From the NCBI GenBank assembly GCA_050117845.1, contig JASFLY010000002.1:32001-96000 (forward strand): a DNA stretch of 64,000 nt. The letters run 5' to 3'. The notes under the pieces were generated by a model. It was not told the origin of the DNA, did not search any database, and saw nothing but the letters and a program-made list of their open reading frames with translations. Below are positions 9,138 to 18,439 of this stretch, one piece after another (positions within the stretch are counted from its first letter, which is position 1; every line of letters starts with the position of its first letter). The DNA comes from Candidatus Zixiibacteriota bacterium (GTDB taxonomy: Bacteria > RBG-13-66-14 > B26-G2 > WVWN01). The translations under genes and the position numbers were made by a program.

Positions 9138-10385
9138 ATGAAGCCCAAAGGCCACCACATAATACTCCTCCTTATCATGGTCGGCATGCTCGCCGGCGGC
9201 ATCTGCGGATGGGCGTTCGGCGAGCGGATGCTGGCCGTCAAGTTCCTCGGCGACCTCTTCCTCAACGCGCTGAAGATGATGATCGTGCCGCTCATCGTGG
9301 CCTCGATGATCTCGGGCGTGGCGTCGCTGGGGGACGTGCGCCGGCTGGGCCGGACGGGCCTCGTGACCATCGGCTACTACTTCCTGACCACCGGCGTCGC
9401 CGTCGCCATCGGCATCATCCTGGCGAATTTGATACAACCCGGCGCCGGCGTCACGCCCACCGCGCACGAGCTGCCGTCGATGGTGGGCGAGAAGACATAC
9501 ACCGTCGTCGACGTCATCGTGAACATGATCCCGGAGAACGTCTTCGCCGCCGCGGCCGAGACCAACGTCCTGCCCCTCATCGTCGTGGCGCTCGTCTTCG
9601 GCGGCATCCTGACGACGCTGGGCGAGAAGGGCAAGCCGGTCATCCGCTTCTTCGAGGGCGTCAACGCCGCCGTCCTCAAGCTCGTGTATCTCGTGATGAT
9701 GTTCGCGCCGGTGGGCGTGTTCGCACTGGTGTCGACGAAGCTCGGCGCGGCGGGGGGCGGCGAGGCCTTCTGGGGCGAGTTGTACAAGCTGGGCAAGTAC
9801 GCGTTTACCGTTATCGCGGGCCTGGCGATACACGGCCTGATCGTCCTGCCGCTACTGCTCTTCCTACTGGGCAGGCGCAACCCGTTCAAGTACGCATTCA
9901 ATATGCTCACGGCCTTCGCGACGGCCTTCTCCACCTCCTCCTCCGCAGCCACGCTACCGGTGACGATGCGGCTGGTCGAGACGCGCAACAAGGTCTCGAA
10001 CGAGGCCGCGTCCTTCGTCCTGCCACTGGGCGCCACCGTCAACATGGACGGGACGGCCCTCTACGAGGCGGTGGCGGCCATCTTCATCGCGCAGGCGTAC
10101 GGCATCGACCTGACGGCCGCCCAGCAGGTGGTCATCTTTTTCACGGCGACGCTGGCGGCGGTGGGGGCGGCGGCCATCCCGGAGGCCGGCCTGGTAACGA
10201 TGGTGATGGTCCTCACGGCGGTGGGCCTGCCGGTGGAGGGGATAGGCGCCATCCTGGCCATAGACTGGTTCCTGGACCGCTGCCGCACGACGGTTAACGT
10301 ATGGGGCGACACGGTGGGCGCGGCGGCGGTGGACCGGCTGGAGATAAGCCGCCGGGCCACCCGCGACGAGGTGGAGGAGTATTAG
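9138..10385 (+). CDS. Dicarboxylate/amino acid:cation symporter (DAACS, GltP/GltT family)
   Basis: LGDLFLNALKMMIVPLI, AFSTSSSAATLP, LPLGATVNMDGTALY, IDWFLDRCRTTVNVWGD. Confidence 0.95.
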   Translation: MKPKGHHIILLLIMVGMLAGGICGWAFGERMLAVKFLGDLFLNALKMMIVPLIVASMISGVASLGDVRRLGRTGLVTIGYYFLTTGVAVAIGIILANLIQPGAGVTPTAHELPSMVGEKTYTVVDVIVNMIPENVFAAAAETNVLPLIVVALVFGGILTTLGEKGKPVIRFFEGVNAAVLKLVYLVMMFAPVGVFALVSTKLGAAGGGEAFWGELYKLGKYAFTVIAGLAIHGLIVLPLLLFLLGRRNPFKYAFNMLTAFATAFSTSSSAATLPVTMRLVETRNKVSNEAASFVLPLGATVNMDGTALYEAVAAIFIAQAYGIDLTAAQQVVIFFTATLAAVGAAAIPEAGLVTMVMVLTAVGLPVEGIGAILAIDWFLDRCRTTVNVWGDTVGAAAVDRLEISRRATRDEVEEY

Positions 10386-10420
10386 GGGACTTTAGGGATA
10401 TAGTACAATGGGAAACGCGG

Positions 10421-10447
10421 ACCCCGCCCGGAGGCGGGGATTTTTTT
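10421..10447 (+). terminator. Rho-independent terminator
   Basis: CCCCGCC-cgga-GGCGGGG followed by T7. Confidence 0.8.
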
Positions 10448-10460
10448 ATTTCTACACGTC

Positions 10461-12506
10461 TTACTCGGCCCAGGCCTCGCGGGGGTCGAGGGTGAACGTT
10501 ATCCTCTCGCCGTCGCCGCCGACGGCGAACGTAATGGACGTGACGGCCTCGCGTTTCACCGGCCGGGGCAACGCCGCCTCGTAATCCGCCTGGGCGGTTT
10601 CGTGGAAGCCGTAATCCCTCACGTTGGTCGGCGTGATAACGAACTTACCCTCGGCCGTGGTTATCGTCAGCCGCGGGTCCTCGGCCTCGACGTACGCCCA
10701 CATAAAATACGACCGGAACGTGTAGAGCATGCCGTCGATTACGTCCCCGTCGGGAACGTAAAAACAGAATATCTGGTCCTCTTGCGGCTCCCACACGGCG
10801 ACCAGGTATTCCACGGTCATACCCGGCGCATCGGCCGGCAACCAGGCGCCGCCCCAGTCGTCGCCGATGCAGTACCAATCGCCGCATCGGGCCAACAGGC
10901 TATAATGCCGGCCGGGTTCCGTACCGCGGCCCCACTCGTCCCGCACCACCGGATACGAGGCGCCCGGGCCGGTATACAGCGGCTCGTACGGTTCCGCGAA
11001 GGTTACGCGCGCCAGGTCCACCACGTCGCCCCAACCGGCCCGTTTGCCGCCGACGAACTCCCGGCGCACCGGCAGCTGGTCCACCCAGCCCTCCAGGCCG
11101 CCGGCCTGCACCTTTAACCACACGACGTAATCGTCCACGGATATTATCGTATCCAACGTCGTCCAAACCGAAACGCCGCCCACGACCGTTACCCTCGTAT
11201 CTTCCGTGAGTTCGCCGACGACGTCGGCGTCTTCCCGCGGCGCGGCGCGCAACGGTATCCTTCCGTTGTATCCCTTATAGCCGTAATAGTTATCGGGCGT
11301 AAGGACGGGGCGCCACGGCTCGCCGCTTCCCCCGCGCAAACGCGTCGGGTCCCACCGGGCCGCAAGGGCGACGTACGACATATCAATGTCGACCTCGCCC
11401 GGGTCGTCGGCCGATACCCGCCACTCGCCGCCGTTCCACGCCGCGTACTCGACTTGCTTGGCTCCCCAATCGTAGTAGGCGATACGGGGCCGGTCCTCCG
11501 CGTCAAGCGCGACGGCGGTAGACAATTCCCGGGGCCAACGGTCCTCGGGCACGGTAGCGAGGGTCCGGACGTACCAACCCTTCCCCGTCCGGTGGGCGAA
11601 CTTCAATCGGTGCCGGGTATAATAGGCTACGTGGGGTTGCCCCTCGCGGTCCAACGCGAGCGAGCTGCCGTCGCCGGCGAACCTTCCCTCGTCGAAGGTT
11701 TCGACGTCCCAACCGGCGTCCGTCCGGCGGGCGCATTTCAAGGACCTCTTCGGTATCCCGGATTCCTTGCGGGCGCAGTAATAAATTATAAAAGGCGTTC
11801 CGTCGGCGTCCAGGGCCAACGTGTGTTCCGGCCGGACGTCCGGGTCGGCGTCCACCTCCCGCACCTGAAAACCGCTCCCCGACCGCCGGGCGTATTTCAA
11901 CGTCCGTTCGGCCGCGCCCGCCCCGCCCCAGTACGAGATATGGGGACGGCCGTCCCGGTCGACGGCTATAGCGGTCCGGCCTTCCACATACGGCTCGTCG
12001 GCCACGGTTTCGGTTATTAACTTGCCGCCCACCCAACGCACGTACGTCACTTCGTCGTGCGCCTCGTCGAAATATACGACGTGCGGACGGTCCTGGCCGT
12101 CCTGCGTGAACGATACGTTGTCGAACCGTACGCCGGCGTCGAACGTGGTTACTGCCCAATCGCCGCCGGTCCAGCGCACGTATTTAAACGCCCGCTTCGC
12201 ACGGCTGTAACACAAAATACACGGCCGGCCTTTTCGGTCCAGGACCATCCCGGCGATCGACTCTACGTCTCCCACGTCGACGTCGCTGACGTCCCACCGG
12301 CCACCGCTTCGCACGGCGTACTTCAGGCCGTAGCCCTTCCCCGTCGTGACGTACGCAATGTGCGGCTGGCCGCCGTCGTCGACGGCGATCGAGGGCGAAT
12401 CGTCGCCGTTCAATTCGGCCGCGGCCACCGCCTCGACCTCCCATTCCGCCCGGGCCCCGGCGCAGGCCGCGAGCGCGACTCCTATCCCTATTATTATTGT
12501 ACGCAT
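10461..12506 (-). CDS. Exported protein: beta-propeller-like repeats + two SH3-like domains + C-terminal DPREAW domain (array gene 5)
   Basis: Signal peptide; repeats of the type IAVDxxGRPHIxY...LKYA...W; PLRAAP...WLKV...EGWV and PLYTGPG...GDWYCI; ends TLDPREAWAE. SD-supported start is 12506 (ORF track gives 12533). Confidence 0.7.
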   Translation of the reverse strand: MRTIIIGIGVALAACAGARAEWEVEAVAAAELNGDDSPSIAVDDGGQPHIAYVTTGKGYGLKYAVRSGGRWDVSDVDVGDVESIAGMVLDRKGRPCILCYSRAKRAFKYVRWTGGDWAVTTFDAGVRFDNVSFTQDGQDRPHVVYFDEAHDEVTYVRWVGGKLITETVADEPYVEGRTAIAVDRDGRPHISYWGGAGAAERTLKYARRSGSGFQVREVDADPDVRPEHTLALDADGTPFIIYYCARKESGIPKRSLKCARRTDAGWDVETFDEGRFAGDGSSLALDREGQPHVAYYTRHRLKFAHRTGKGWYVRTLATVPEDRWPRELSTAVALDAEDRPRIAYYDWGAKQVEYAAWNGGEWRVSADDPGEVDIDMSYVALAARWDPTRLRGGSGEPWRPVLTPDNYYGYKGYNGRIPLRAAPREDADVVGELTEDTRVTVVGGVSVWTTLDTIISVDDYVVWLKVQAGGLEGWVDQLPVRREFVGGKRAGWGDVVDLARVTFAEPYEPLYTGPGASYPVVRDEWGRGTEPGRHYSLLARCGDWYCIGDDWGGAWLPADAPGMTVEYLVAVWEPQEDQIFCFYVPDGDVIDGMLYTFRSYFMWAYVEAEDPRLTITTAEGKFVITPTNVRDYGFHETAQADYEAALPRPVKREAVTSITFAVGGDGERITFTLDPREAWAE

Positions 12507-12529
12507 AATTCCTCCGCTCGCATATCGCA

Positions 12530-13717
12530 TCATTGTCCCTCGCCGTGCTCGGCCCAGGCCTCGCGGGGGTCGAAGGTGGCCTTTACCCTGTGCGGCTCGG
12601 CCCCCACCGTGAAGGTGACGGATTCTATGTCGTCACGCTTGAGGGGCTGGGGCAGGACGGCCTCGAAGTAACGCCGGTTGATAATCGGGTTGTTGAAGAC
12701 CTCCAGGGAGTCGATGGCCAAGTCGTACTCCCGGCCCCCCGCCGATACGGTCATTACCTGGTTTTTGTCGGGAAGAGAGGACACCCGGTTTAAGTCGTGG
12801 AGGTCAAACCAGTAAATAATCCGGTCAACGTCGCCCTCGACGGGGAGGTAGAAATAGGCCTCTTCCTCGCCGCCGTAAGGCCGCCAGGCGTAAGTCAAAT
12901 AGTGGAAGGAAAGGCCGGGGGTGTCGGCCGGGAGCCACCCGTGCGAGATACAAAGCCAATCCCCGAACCTCGCGACCACTTCGTCAACTTCGCCCTCGTC
13001 GGCGTATTCCCTGGCTCGGAAAATTCCCTTTGTACGCGGGAATGTCGCCGCGGGACCCTCGCGCAAGGGTGAGAAGCGTTTATCGAAACGGACCAGCGCC
13101 ACGGGCGGATAATCCGGGTGCAAGTACGGGTAAGGGTCCGAGCCCGAACGTAAACCGTACGGGTCTACGAAGTCCGGCTGTACGCCGCGGAGGGTGGCCC
13201 ACCCCTCCTTTCCCTGCGCCCTTATCTTCAACCACGTGTAATAACCCCAACGGGGGCCGATAGGGTCCTCGTCGGCCGCTAAAACCAGCGTGTAAACGGA
13301 TCGCGCGGCCGTTATCTCCACCTCCGCCGGGTTATCCACCCTACCTATTATCGTTACGTCGCTCCTATCGACCTCCATCTCAAGCGTCCTTCTCATATCG
13401 CCCCACGCCTCCGAGCCTAAATCGTCGGTAAACGGCTCTTTATAAAGCAGGCCGTGGTTATAAAGGACCACGACGGGGCGCCACGGCCCGCCGGGCTCCA
13501 ACAGCGAAAGCCCCGGATGCCATCTCACCACCGCCCCAGACGCGGAGTTGTCCCGGGCCTCGCCCTCTCCGGGCGCGGGTTGGGCCTCCGATTCCTCGAC
13601 GCCGGCAAGGGCCGTTTCCATGGCCATCTCCGTATTCGGTTCGTTCTTGCGGCACGTAGCCACCAGCGCGGCCACGAACGCCGCCGAGAGGATCATCGCT
13701 TTGGCTAACCACCGCAT
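12530..13717 (-). CDS. Lipoprotein with SH3-like + DPREAW module only (array gene 4)
   Basis: LVATC lipobox-like signal; WLKIRAQGKEGW, PLREGP, DPREAW; close paralogue of 15047-16177. Confidence 0.7.
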   Translation of the reverse strand: MRWLAKAMILSAAFVAALVATCRKNEPNTEMAMETALAGVEESEAQPAPGEGEARDNSASGAVVRWHPGLSLLEPGGPWRPVVVLYNHGLLYKEPFTDDLGSEAWGDMRRTLEMEVDRSDVTIIGRVDNPAEVEITAARSVYTLVLAADEDPIGPRWGYYTWLKIRAQGKEGWATLRGVQPDFVDPYGLRSGSDPYPYLHPDYPPVALVRFDKRFSPLREGPAATFPRTKGIFRAREYADEGEVDEVVARFGDWLCISHGWLPADTPGLSFHYLTYAWRPYGGEEEAYFYLPVEGDVDRIIYWFDLHDLNRVSSLPDKNQVMTVSAGGREYDLAIDSLEVFNNPIINRRYFEAVLPQPLKRDDIESVTFTVGAEPHRVKATFDPREAWAEHGEGQ

Positions 13718-13772
13718 CCAGGCACCTCCTCGCCCAACGGTTAAGCTTTAACGCCCATTACGCGAAGGCCGG

Positions 13773-15020
13773 TTAGGGGGAGGGGGCAGGCCATTCCCCG
13801 CCGACCAGCCGGGCGGTCTTAACGTACGCCGTCGGCCCCGTCTGCTCCAGGTACGCCACGCTCGGCCGGCCCCGCGAGCCGAAGGTTATAGCGATCCTTT
13901 CGTCCGGCGTGACTAGGTCGAATAGGTCCATCTCCTCCACCGTTACCACCGACCACTCCGGGCCGGAGCGCCGAGCCAACTTGAGGCGGTACAGCTCACG
14001 TTCTTCGTCCGACCGGTCCAACTCGTAATAAGCGATATAAGGGACGCCGTCGCCGTCGAGCGCGAGCGAAGAACGCGTACTGAAATCCGCGGTACCGTCG
14101 ACGCGTTCCAACGTCCACGGCGCTCCTTCGCTCTCGGCGTAGTAGACGCCGGGCGACGGCCCTTCGAGAGAGGACCCGCAAGCAAAGGAGACGTGGACTT
14201 TCCCCTGACGCCCTACCTCGAGGGACGCGTATTCGAGGTGGTCTCCGCCGGCGACGACTTCGGTTTTCCATCCTTTGTTGGTCCGTACGCCGTACTTAAA
14301 CACCCCGTCCCATTCGGCCAGCGCGCAATAACAGACGTGGGGCACGTCGCCTTCCGCCATCGCGATTTCCGCCCAGCCGCCCTCGCTATTGGAACACCCG
14401 AATTTATTGGGCCACGAATCGACGGCCTCGAAGGCCCAGCCGGCGCCTTCTCGCCGGACGTACGTAAGTTCGGCTTGCAATCCTCCGCGCCGGCCCGTGG
14501 GGTCCGTCGCCTCCCTGAATAAAATGAGGTGCGGCCGCGACCGGCTGTCCAACGCCAGCGATAAATAAGGCATACCGTCACCGTAGTCGTAAGACTCGCC
14601 GTAGGTTAAAACGTCGACGCGCGTCCACTTATCCCCGTCCCAAAACGCGTATTTTATTTTTTTCCTTCCGAAGTCCGCGAAAGCCACGTGGGGCCGGCCT
14701 TCCCGGTCCGGGACCAATGCGACGGAATCCGGCACGTAAACGATGTCCGGGTCTACGACCTGATGCTCGGTCTCTACCCCCTCCCTTGACCACCGGCCGA
14801 ACTCCAGGCCGCGATCGTGGTAAATGACGCATACGCCGCCTTCGCCGTCCGGGACCGCGGCCAATATCTCCCGGCCCCCGCCGGATTTACCGGCGAAGTG
14901 GTTGGAGCCCACTAAATCCTCGAAGGAAACAATCTCCCACGAGCCGGGGCCGCTTTCGCGGCACGACGCCGCCAGCGCTAGCCCCAGGACTACAAGCAAG
15001 CCGGTTATTACGTTACGCAT
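13773..15020 (-). CDS. Lipoprotein with beta-propeller-like module only (array gene 3)
   Basis: LAASC lipobox; repeated ALDxxGxPHxxY units; SD-supported start 15020. Confidence 0.7.
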   Translation of the reverse strand: MRNVITGLLVVLGLALAASCRESGPGSWEIVSFEDLVGSNHFAGKSGGGREILAAVPDGEGGVCVIYHDRGLEFGRWSREGVETEHQVVDPDIVYVPDSVALVPDREGRPHVAFADFGRKKIKYAFWDGDKWTRVDVLTYGESYDYGDGMPYLSLALDSRSRPHLILFREATDPTGRRGGLQAELTYVRREGAGWAFEAVDSWPNKFGCSNSEGGWAEIAMAEGDVPHVCYCALAEWDGVFKYGVRTNKGWKTEVVAGGDHLEYASLEVGRQGKVHVSFACGSSLEGPSPGVYYAESEGAPWTLERVDGTADFSTRSSLALDGDGVPYIAYYELDRSDEERELYRLKLARRSGPEWSVVTVEEMDLFDLVTPDERIAITFGSRGRPSVAYLEQTGPTAYVKTARLVGGEWPAPSP

Positions 15021-15046
15021 ACCTCGTCCTCCGCTCGCGTTCCGCA

Positions 15047-16177
15047 TCATCGCCCCTCGTCGTACTCGGCCCAGGCTTCGCGGGGGTCGAACGTCGCCTT
15101 CACCCTGTGGGGTTCGGTCCCGACGGTGAAGGTTACGGCTTCGATTTCTTCGCGCTTGGCGGCCTCGGGCAGCACGGCCTCGAAATACTGCTGGTCGAAG
15201 GTCGGGTTGTTGAAAACGTCCAAGGAGTCGATGGCCAAGTCGTACTCCCGGCCGCCGGCCGATACGGTCATCACCGGGTCTTCTTGCGGAAGCAGGGATT
15301 CACGGTATAACGAGTTGAGGTCAAACGAATAAATAACGCGGTCGACATCGCCCTCGACGGGGAGGTAGAAATAGGCCTCTTCCTCGCCGCGGTAAGGCCG
15401 CCACGCGTAAGTCATATAGTAGAAGGCGAGGCCGGGGGTGTCGGCCCGCAACCACCCGTGCGATATAGAAAGCCAATCGCCGAACCTCGCCACTACCGCG
15501 TCGACTTCGCCCGCGTTCGCGTATTCCCTGGCTCGACAAACGTCTTTCACACGCGGGAACGACGCGGCGGGGCCCTCTCGCAAGGGCGAGAAGCGTTCCT
15601 CGAAACTGACCAGCGCGAGGGGCGGGAAATCCGGATACATGGAAACATCCGGGAACGAACCTGTGCGTGCGCCGTACGGCCCTACGAAGTCCGGTTGGAC
15701 GCCGCGGAGGGTGGCCCACCCCTCCTTGCCCTGCGCCCTTACCTTTAACCACGTATAATAACCCCAACGGGGGCCGATGGGGTCCTCGTCGGCGGCCACG
15801 AGTAGGGTGTAAACGGACCGCGCGGCCGTTATCTCCACCTCCGTCGGCTTCTCCAAACGACCTACAACCGTTACTCCCGGTTTATTCGTCTCGATCTCCA
15901 GTACCCTTAGATCACGTACCTCGGAGCCTGAGTCGTCCGTAAAAGGTTTGTCGTAAAGCAGGCCGTGGTTATAAAGGACGACGACGGGGCGCCACGGCTT
16001 CCCCGGTTCCAACAGCGAAAGCCCCGGATGCCATCTCACCAGGGCCCCGGCCGCGGGTTGGACCTCCGACTCCTTAACGTCGGCAAAGACCGTTTCCGTA
16101 TTCGGTTCCCCTTTTTGGCAAGATATAGCTAGCGCGGATGCGAGCACCACAAGTAAGCCTATTACAACATCACGCAT
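15047..16177 (-). CDS. Lipoprotein with SH3-like + DPREAW module only (array gene 2)
   Basis: LAISC lipobox; paralogue of 12530-13717; SD-supported start 16177. Confidence 0.7.
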   Translation of the reverse strand: MRDVVIGLLVVLASALAISCQKGEPNTETVFADVKESEVQPAAGALVRWHPGLSLLEPGKPWRPVVVLYNHGLLYDKPFTDDSGSEVRDLRVLEIETNKPGVTVVGRLEKPTEVEITAARSVYTLLVAADEDPIGPRWGYYTWLKVRAQGKEGWATLRGVQPDFVGPYGARTGSFPDVSMYPDFPPLALVSFEERFSPLREGPAASFPRVKDVCRAREYANAGEVDAVVARFGDWLSISHGWLRADTPGLAFYYMTYAWRPYRGEEEAYFYLPVEGDVDRVIYSFDLNSLYRESLLPQEDPVMTVSAGGREYDLAIDSLDVFNNPTFDQQYFEAVLPEAAKREEIEAVTFTVGTEPHRVKATFDPREAWAEYDEGR

Positions 16178-16203
16178 ACCTCTTCCTCCGCTCGCGTTTC
16201 GCA

Positions 16204-18297
16204 TCATTGTCCCTCGTCGTACTCCCCCCAGGCTTCGCGGGGGTCGATGGTCGTTTTGAAACGTCGCGCCGGGGCGCCGGTCTCGAACGTTACGGCCTTA
16301 ATCTCGTCGCGGCGAACGGCGCGCGGCAGCCGCGCCACGAAGCGAACCTCCACGTTCTCGTACCAACTCATGCTACTCGCGAACTCGGGGTACAAAACGA
16401 ATTCGTCGTCCGCGGTCGTTATCTTTATTACGGGGTCGTCGTGGCAAAGGCGCTCCCCGTACAAGAAGATCCCGGCAGTCATGATAACGCGGTCCACGGG
16501 GCCGCGGAGGGGGAAATAAAAACAGAAATACTCCCCGTAGCTTTCCGGCTCGAGGTACCAGCTAAAGACTTTGCGGTACGCCGTAACGCCCGGGGCGTCG
16601 GCGGGCACCCACGCGCCGTCCGAGTCGATGCCCACGCAATACCAGCCGCCGTAGGCCGAGTTCAAATCGTAGATGGAGCCGGCCGGCACCGCGGCCTTAA
16701 GGGCCTTGTATTGTTCTCTCGGGGACTCGTAATACTCGTCTCTTATGGCCGGCGCCTCGGCAGACGGCCCCTCCCTAAGAGGCGCATAGGGCTGGCGGAA
16801 CTCGGCGAGGAAATAGCCGTGCGTGAGCAAGTCGTCGCTCCAACCGACCTTGCCTTCCCGCCGCACTTTGGACCACAAGTTATACCTTTCCATTTTCCCC
16901 GGAAGTAGGCCGGCCGACTCATTTTCCGAGGGATCGAAGCTAGTTAGTATCGACACCGTCTCGAGGACCTCAAACCGCGGGTCCTCCTCGTACTCGAAGG
17001 TCGCGACTACGGCGGATTCTTCGTCGGGCTCGGCGTACAGCGTATCGGGCCGGGAGAGAGGTATTCCGCGCCCGGCCTTCCATTTCTCGATTTCGGGCGG
17101 TTCAACGGTCTGGGCGAAACATATTTTCTTCGGCGGGTCGGCGGGAGGCCACGCGTTGCCCACCCACTTTGCCGATTTGAGATAACCTTCACGTTTCTCG
17201 GTAAACTCGCCGTAAATTACGTGGGGGCGGCCGCGGACGTTTATCGCGGTCCCCGGGACCAAATGCGGCCTGTGGGGGTAATCGCGCAACTTTTCCACCG
17301 TCGTTACTTCCCATCTTCGCCCCGCGCGCCGTCCTACTTTAAGGTGGAAATGCCCCGCGTACTTCGGCCCGTACTCGTAATAAGAGAGGCATGGAACGTC
17401 GTCGGCGTCGAAGGTGAGGGCCACGCGGGCGCCGACCCACCCCATATCCTCTACCGTCTCTATCTCCCACCGGCCCCCCTCGCGGCTCGCGTATTTGAGA
17501 TCGCCCCGGCTCTCGTCGAAATAGGCGACGTGCGGCCGGCCGGCGGCGTCGAAGGCCAGGGACGGAGAGGAGAAGTGCCACCCGGATGTGATAAGCTCCG
17601 CCCTCCAGGCGCCGCCCGTCTTACGGAGATATTTCAGCTCCTCCCCGTCGCTACTTTCCCAGCAATAGCAAACGTGCGCACGGCCGTCGCGGTCCAGCGC
17701 GAGGGAGGCGTGCGGCGTGGCGAAATAGAGCGTGGTGATCGTATCCACGCGTTCCGCGCGCCAGCGGCCTTCCCGTCGGTTCGCGTATACCAAAAAACCG
17801 TCCTCCCATTCCGAGGACTCGCCGATTCCCTGGCCGCCGCCTATTAATACGTGGGGCTCGTTCCGGCCGTCAACGGCCAGGCACACTTCCCGAGGAGACT
17901 CTATGCCCCCCGTCGGAACCGCGCTCCTCGACCACGACACGCCGTTGTAGAACGCGTACGTTACGCCGTCCCACGACCAATAGACGACGTGGGGTAGGCC
18001 GTCGGGGCCGGCGGCCAAGACGACGCCGTAAAGGTCGGCGATATCGGCGTCGATCAGAGAATATTCGAACGCCGTCCCCTCTCCCGACCACCGGCCGAAT
18101 TTCAGGCCGTCGTGGCGGTAAACGAAGGACACGCCGCCGCCGGCGTCGGGGATCGCGGCCCGTACCTCCGTGCCGGCCCTCAGTTCCGGCGAGGCGGCCG
18201 CCAGGTCCTCGGAGGAAACGATTTCCCACTCCCCGCGGGCCCCGGCGCAGGCCGCTACGAGTATGCATAGACATAGCGTAATACAAATAACCCTCAT
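16204..18297 (-). CDS. Exported protein: beta-propeller-like repeats + SH3-like + DPREAW domain (array gene 1)
   Basis: Signal peptide ending ACAGARGEWE (compare ACAGARAEWE in gene 5); propeller repeats; PLREGPS, GGWYCV, TIDPREAW; SD AGGAGG. Confidence 0.7.
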   Translation of the reverse strand: MRVICITLCLCILVAACAGARGEWEIVSSEDLAAASPELRAGTEVRAAIPDAGGGVSFVYRHDGLKFGRWSGEGTAFEYSLIDADIADLYGVVLAAGPDGLPHVVYWSWDGVTYAFYNGVSWSRSAVPTGGIESPREVCLAVDGRNEPHVLIGGGQGIGESSEWEDGFLVYANRREGRWRAERVDTITTLYFATPHASLALDRDGRAHVCYCWESSDGEELKYLRKTGGAWRAELITSGWHFSSPSLAFDAAGRPHVAYFDESRGDLKYASREGGRWEIETVEDMGWVGARVALTFDADDVPCLSYYEYGPKYAGHFHLKVGRRAGRRWEVTTVEKLRDYPHRPHLVPGTAINVRGRPHVIYGEFTEKREGYLKSAKWVGNAWPPADPPKKICFAQTVEPPEIEKWKAGRGIPLSRPDTLYAEPDEESAVVATFEYEEDPRFEVLETVSILTSFDPSENESAGLLPGKMERYNLWSKVRREGKVGWSDDLLTHGYFLAEFRQPYAPLREGPSAEAPAIRDEYYESPREQYKALKAAVPAGSIYDLNSAYGGWYCVGIDSDGAWVPADAPGVTAYRKVFSWYLEPESYGEYFCFYFPLRGPVDRVIMTAGIFLYGERLCHDDPVIKITTADDEFVLYPEFASSMSWYENVEVRFVARLPRAVRRDEIKAVTFETGAPARRFKTTIDPREAWGEYDEGQ

Positions 18298-18439
18298 CTC
18301 GGTTCCTCCTGCTCCTCATTTCTATACTATTGCCTGGAGTTAGTCAAGAGAAATAATAACGGGTCGTCGGAAAAGGACGGTTTATTCCGGCGCGGTTTCG
18401 GCGTATAATGGAAAAATAAACAAAAAGGAAGGGGTTATT

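Larger units (their letters stand above)
12511..16247. repeat. Three copies of a 63-bp gene-junction repeat (12511-12573, 15028-15090, 16185-16247) plus a partial copy at 10463-10489
   Basis: cctccgctcgc..cgcatcat.g.ccctcg.cgt.ctc..cccaggc.tcgcgggggtcga; 5-8 mismatches between copies by manual alignment. Confidence 0.9.
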
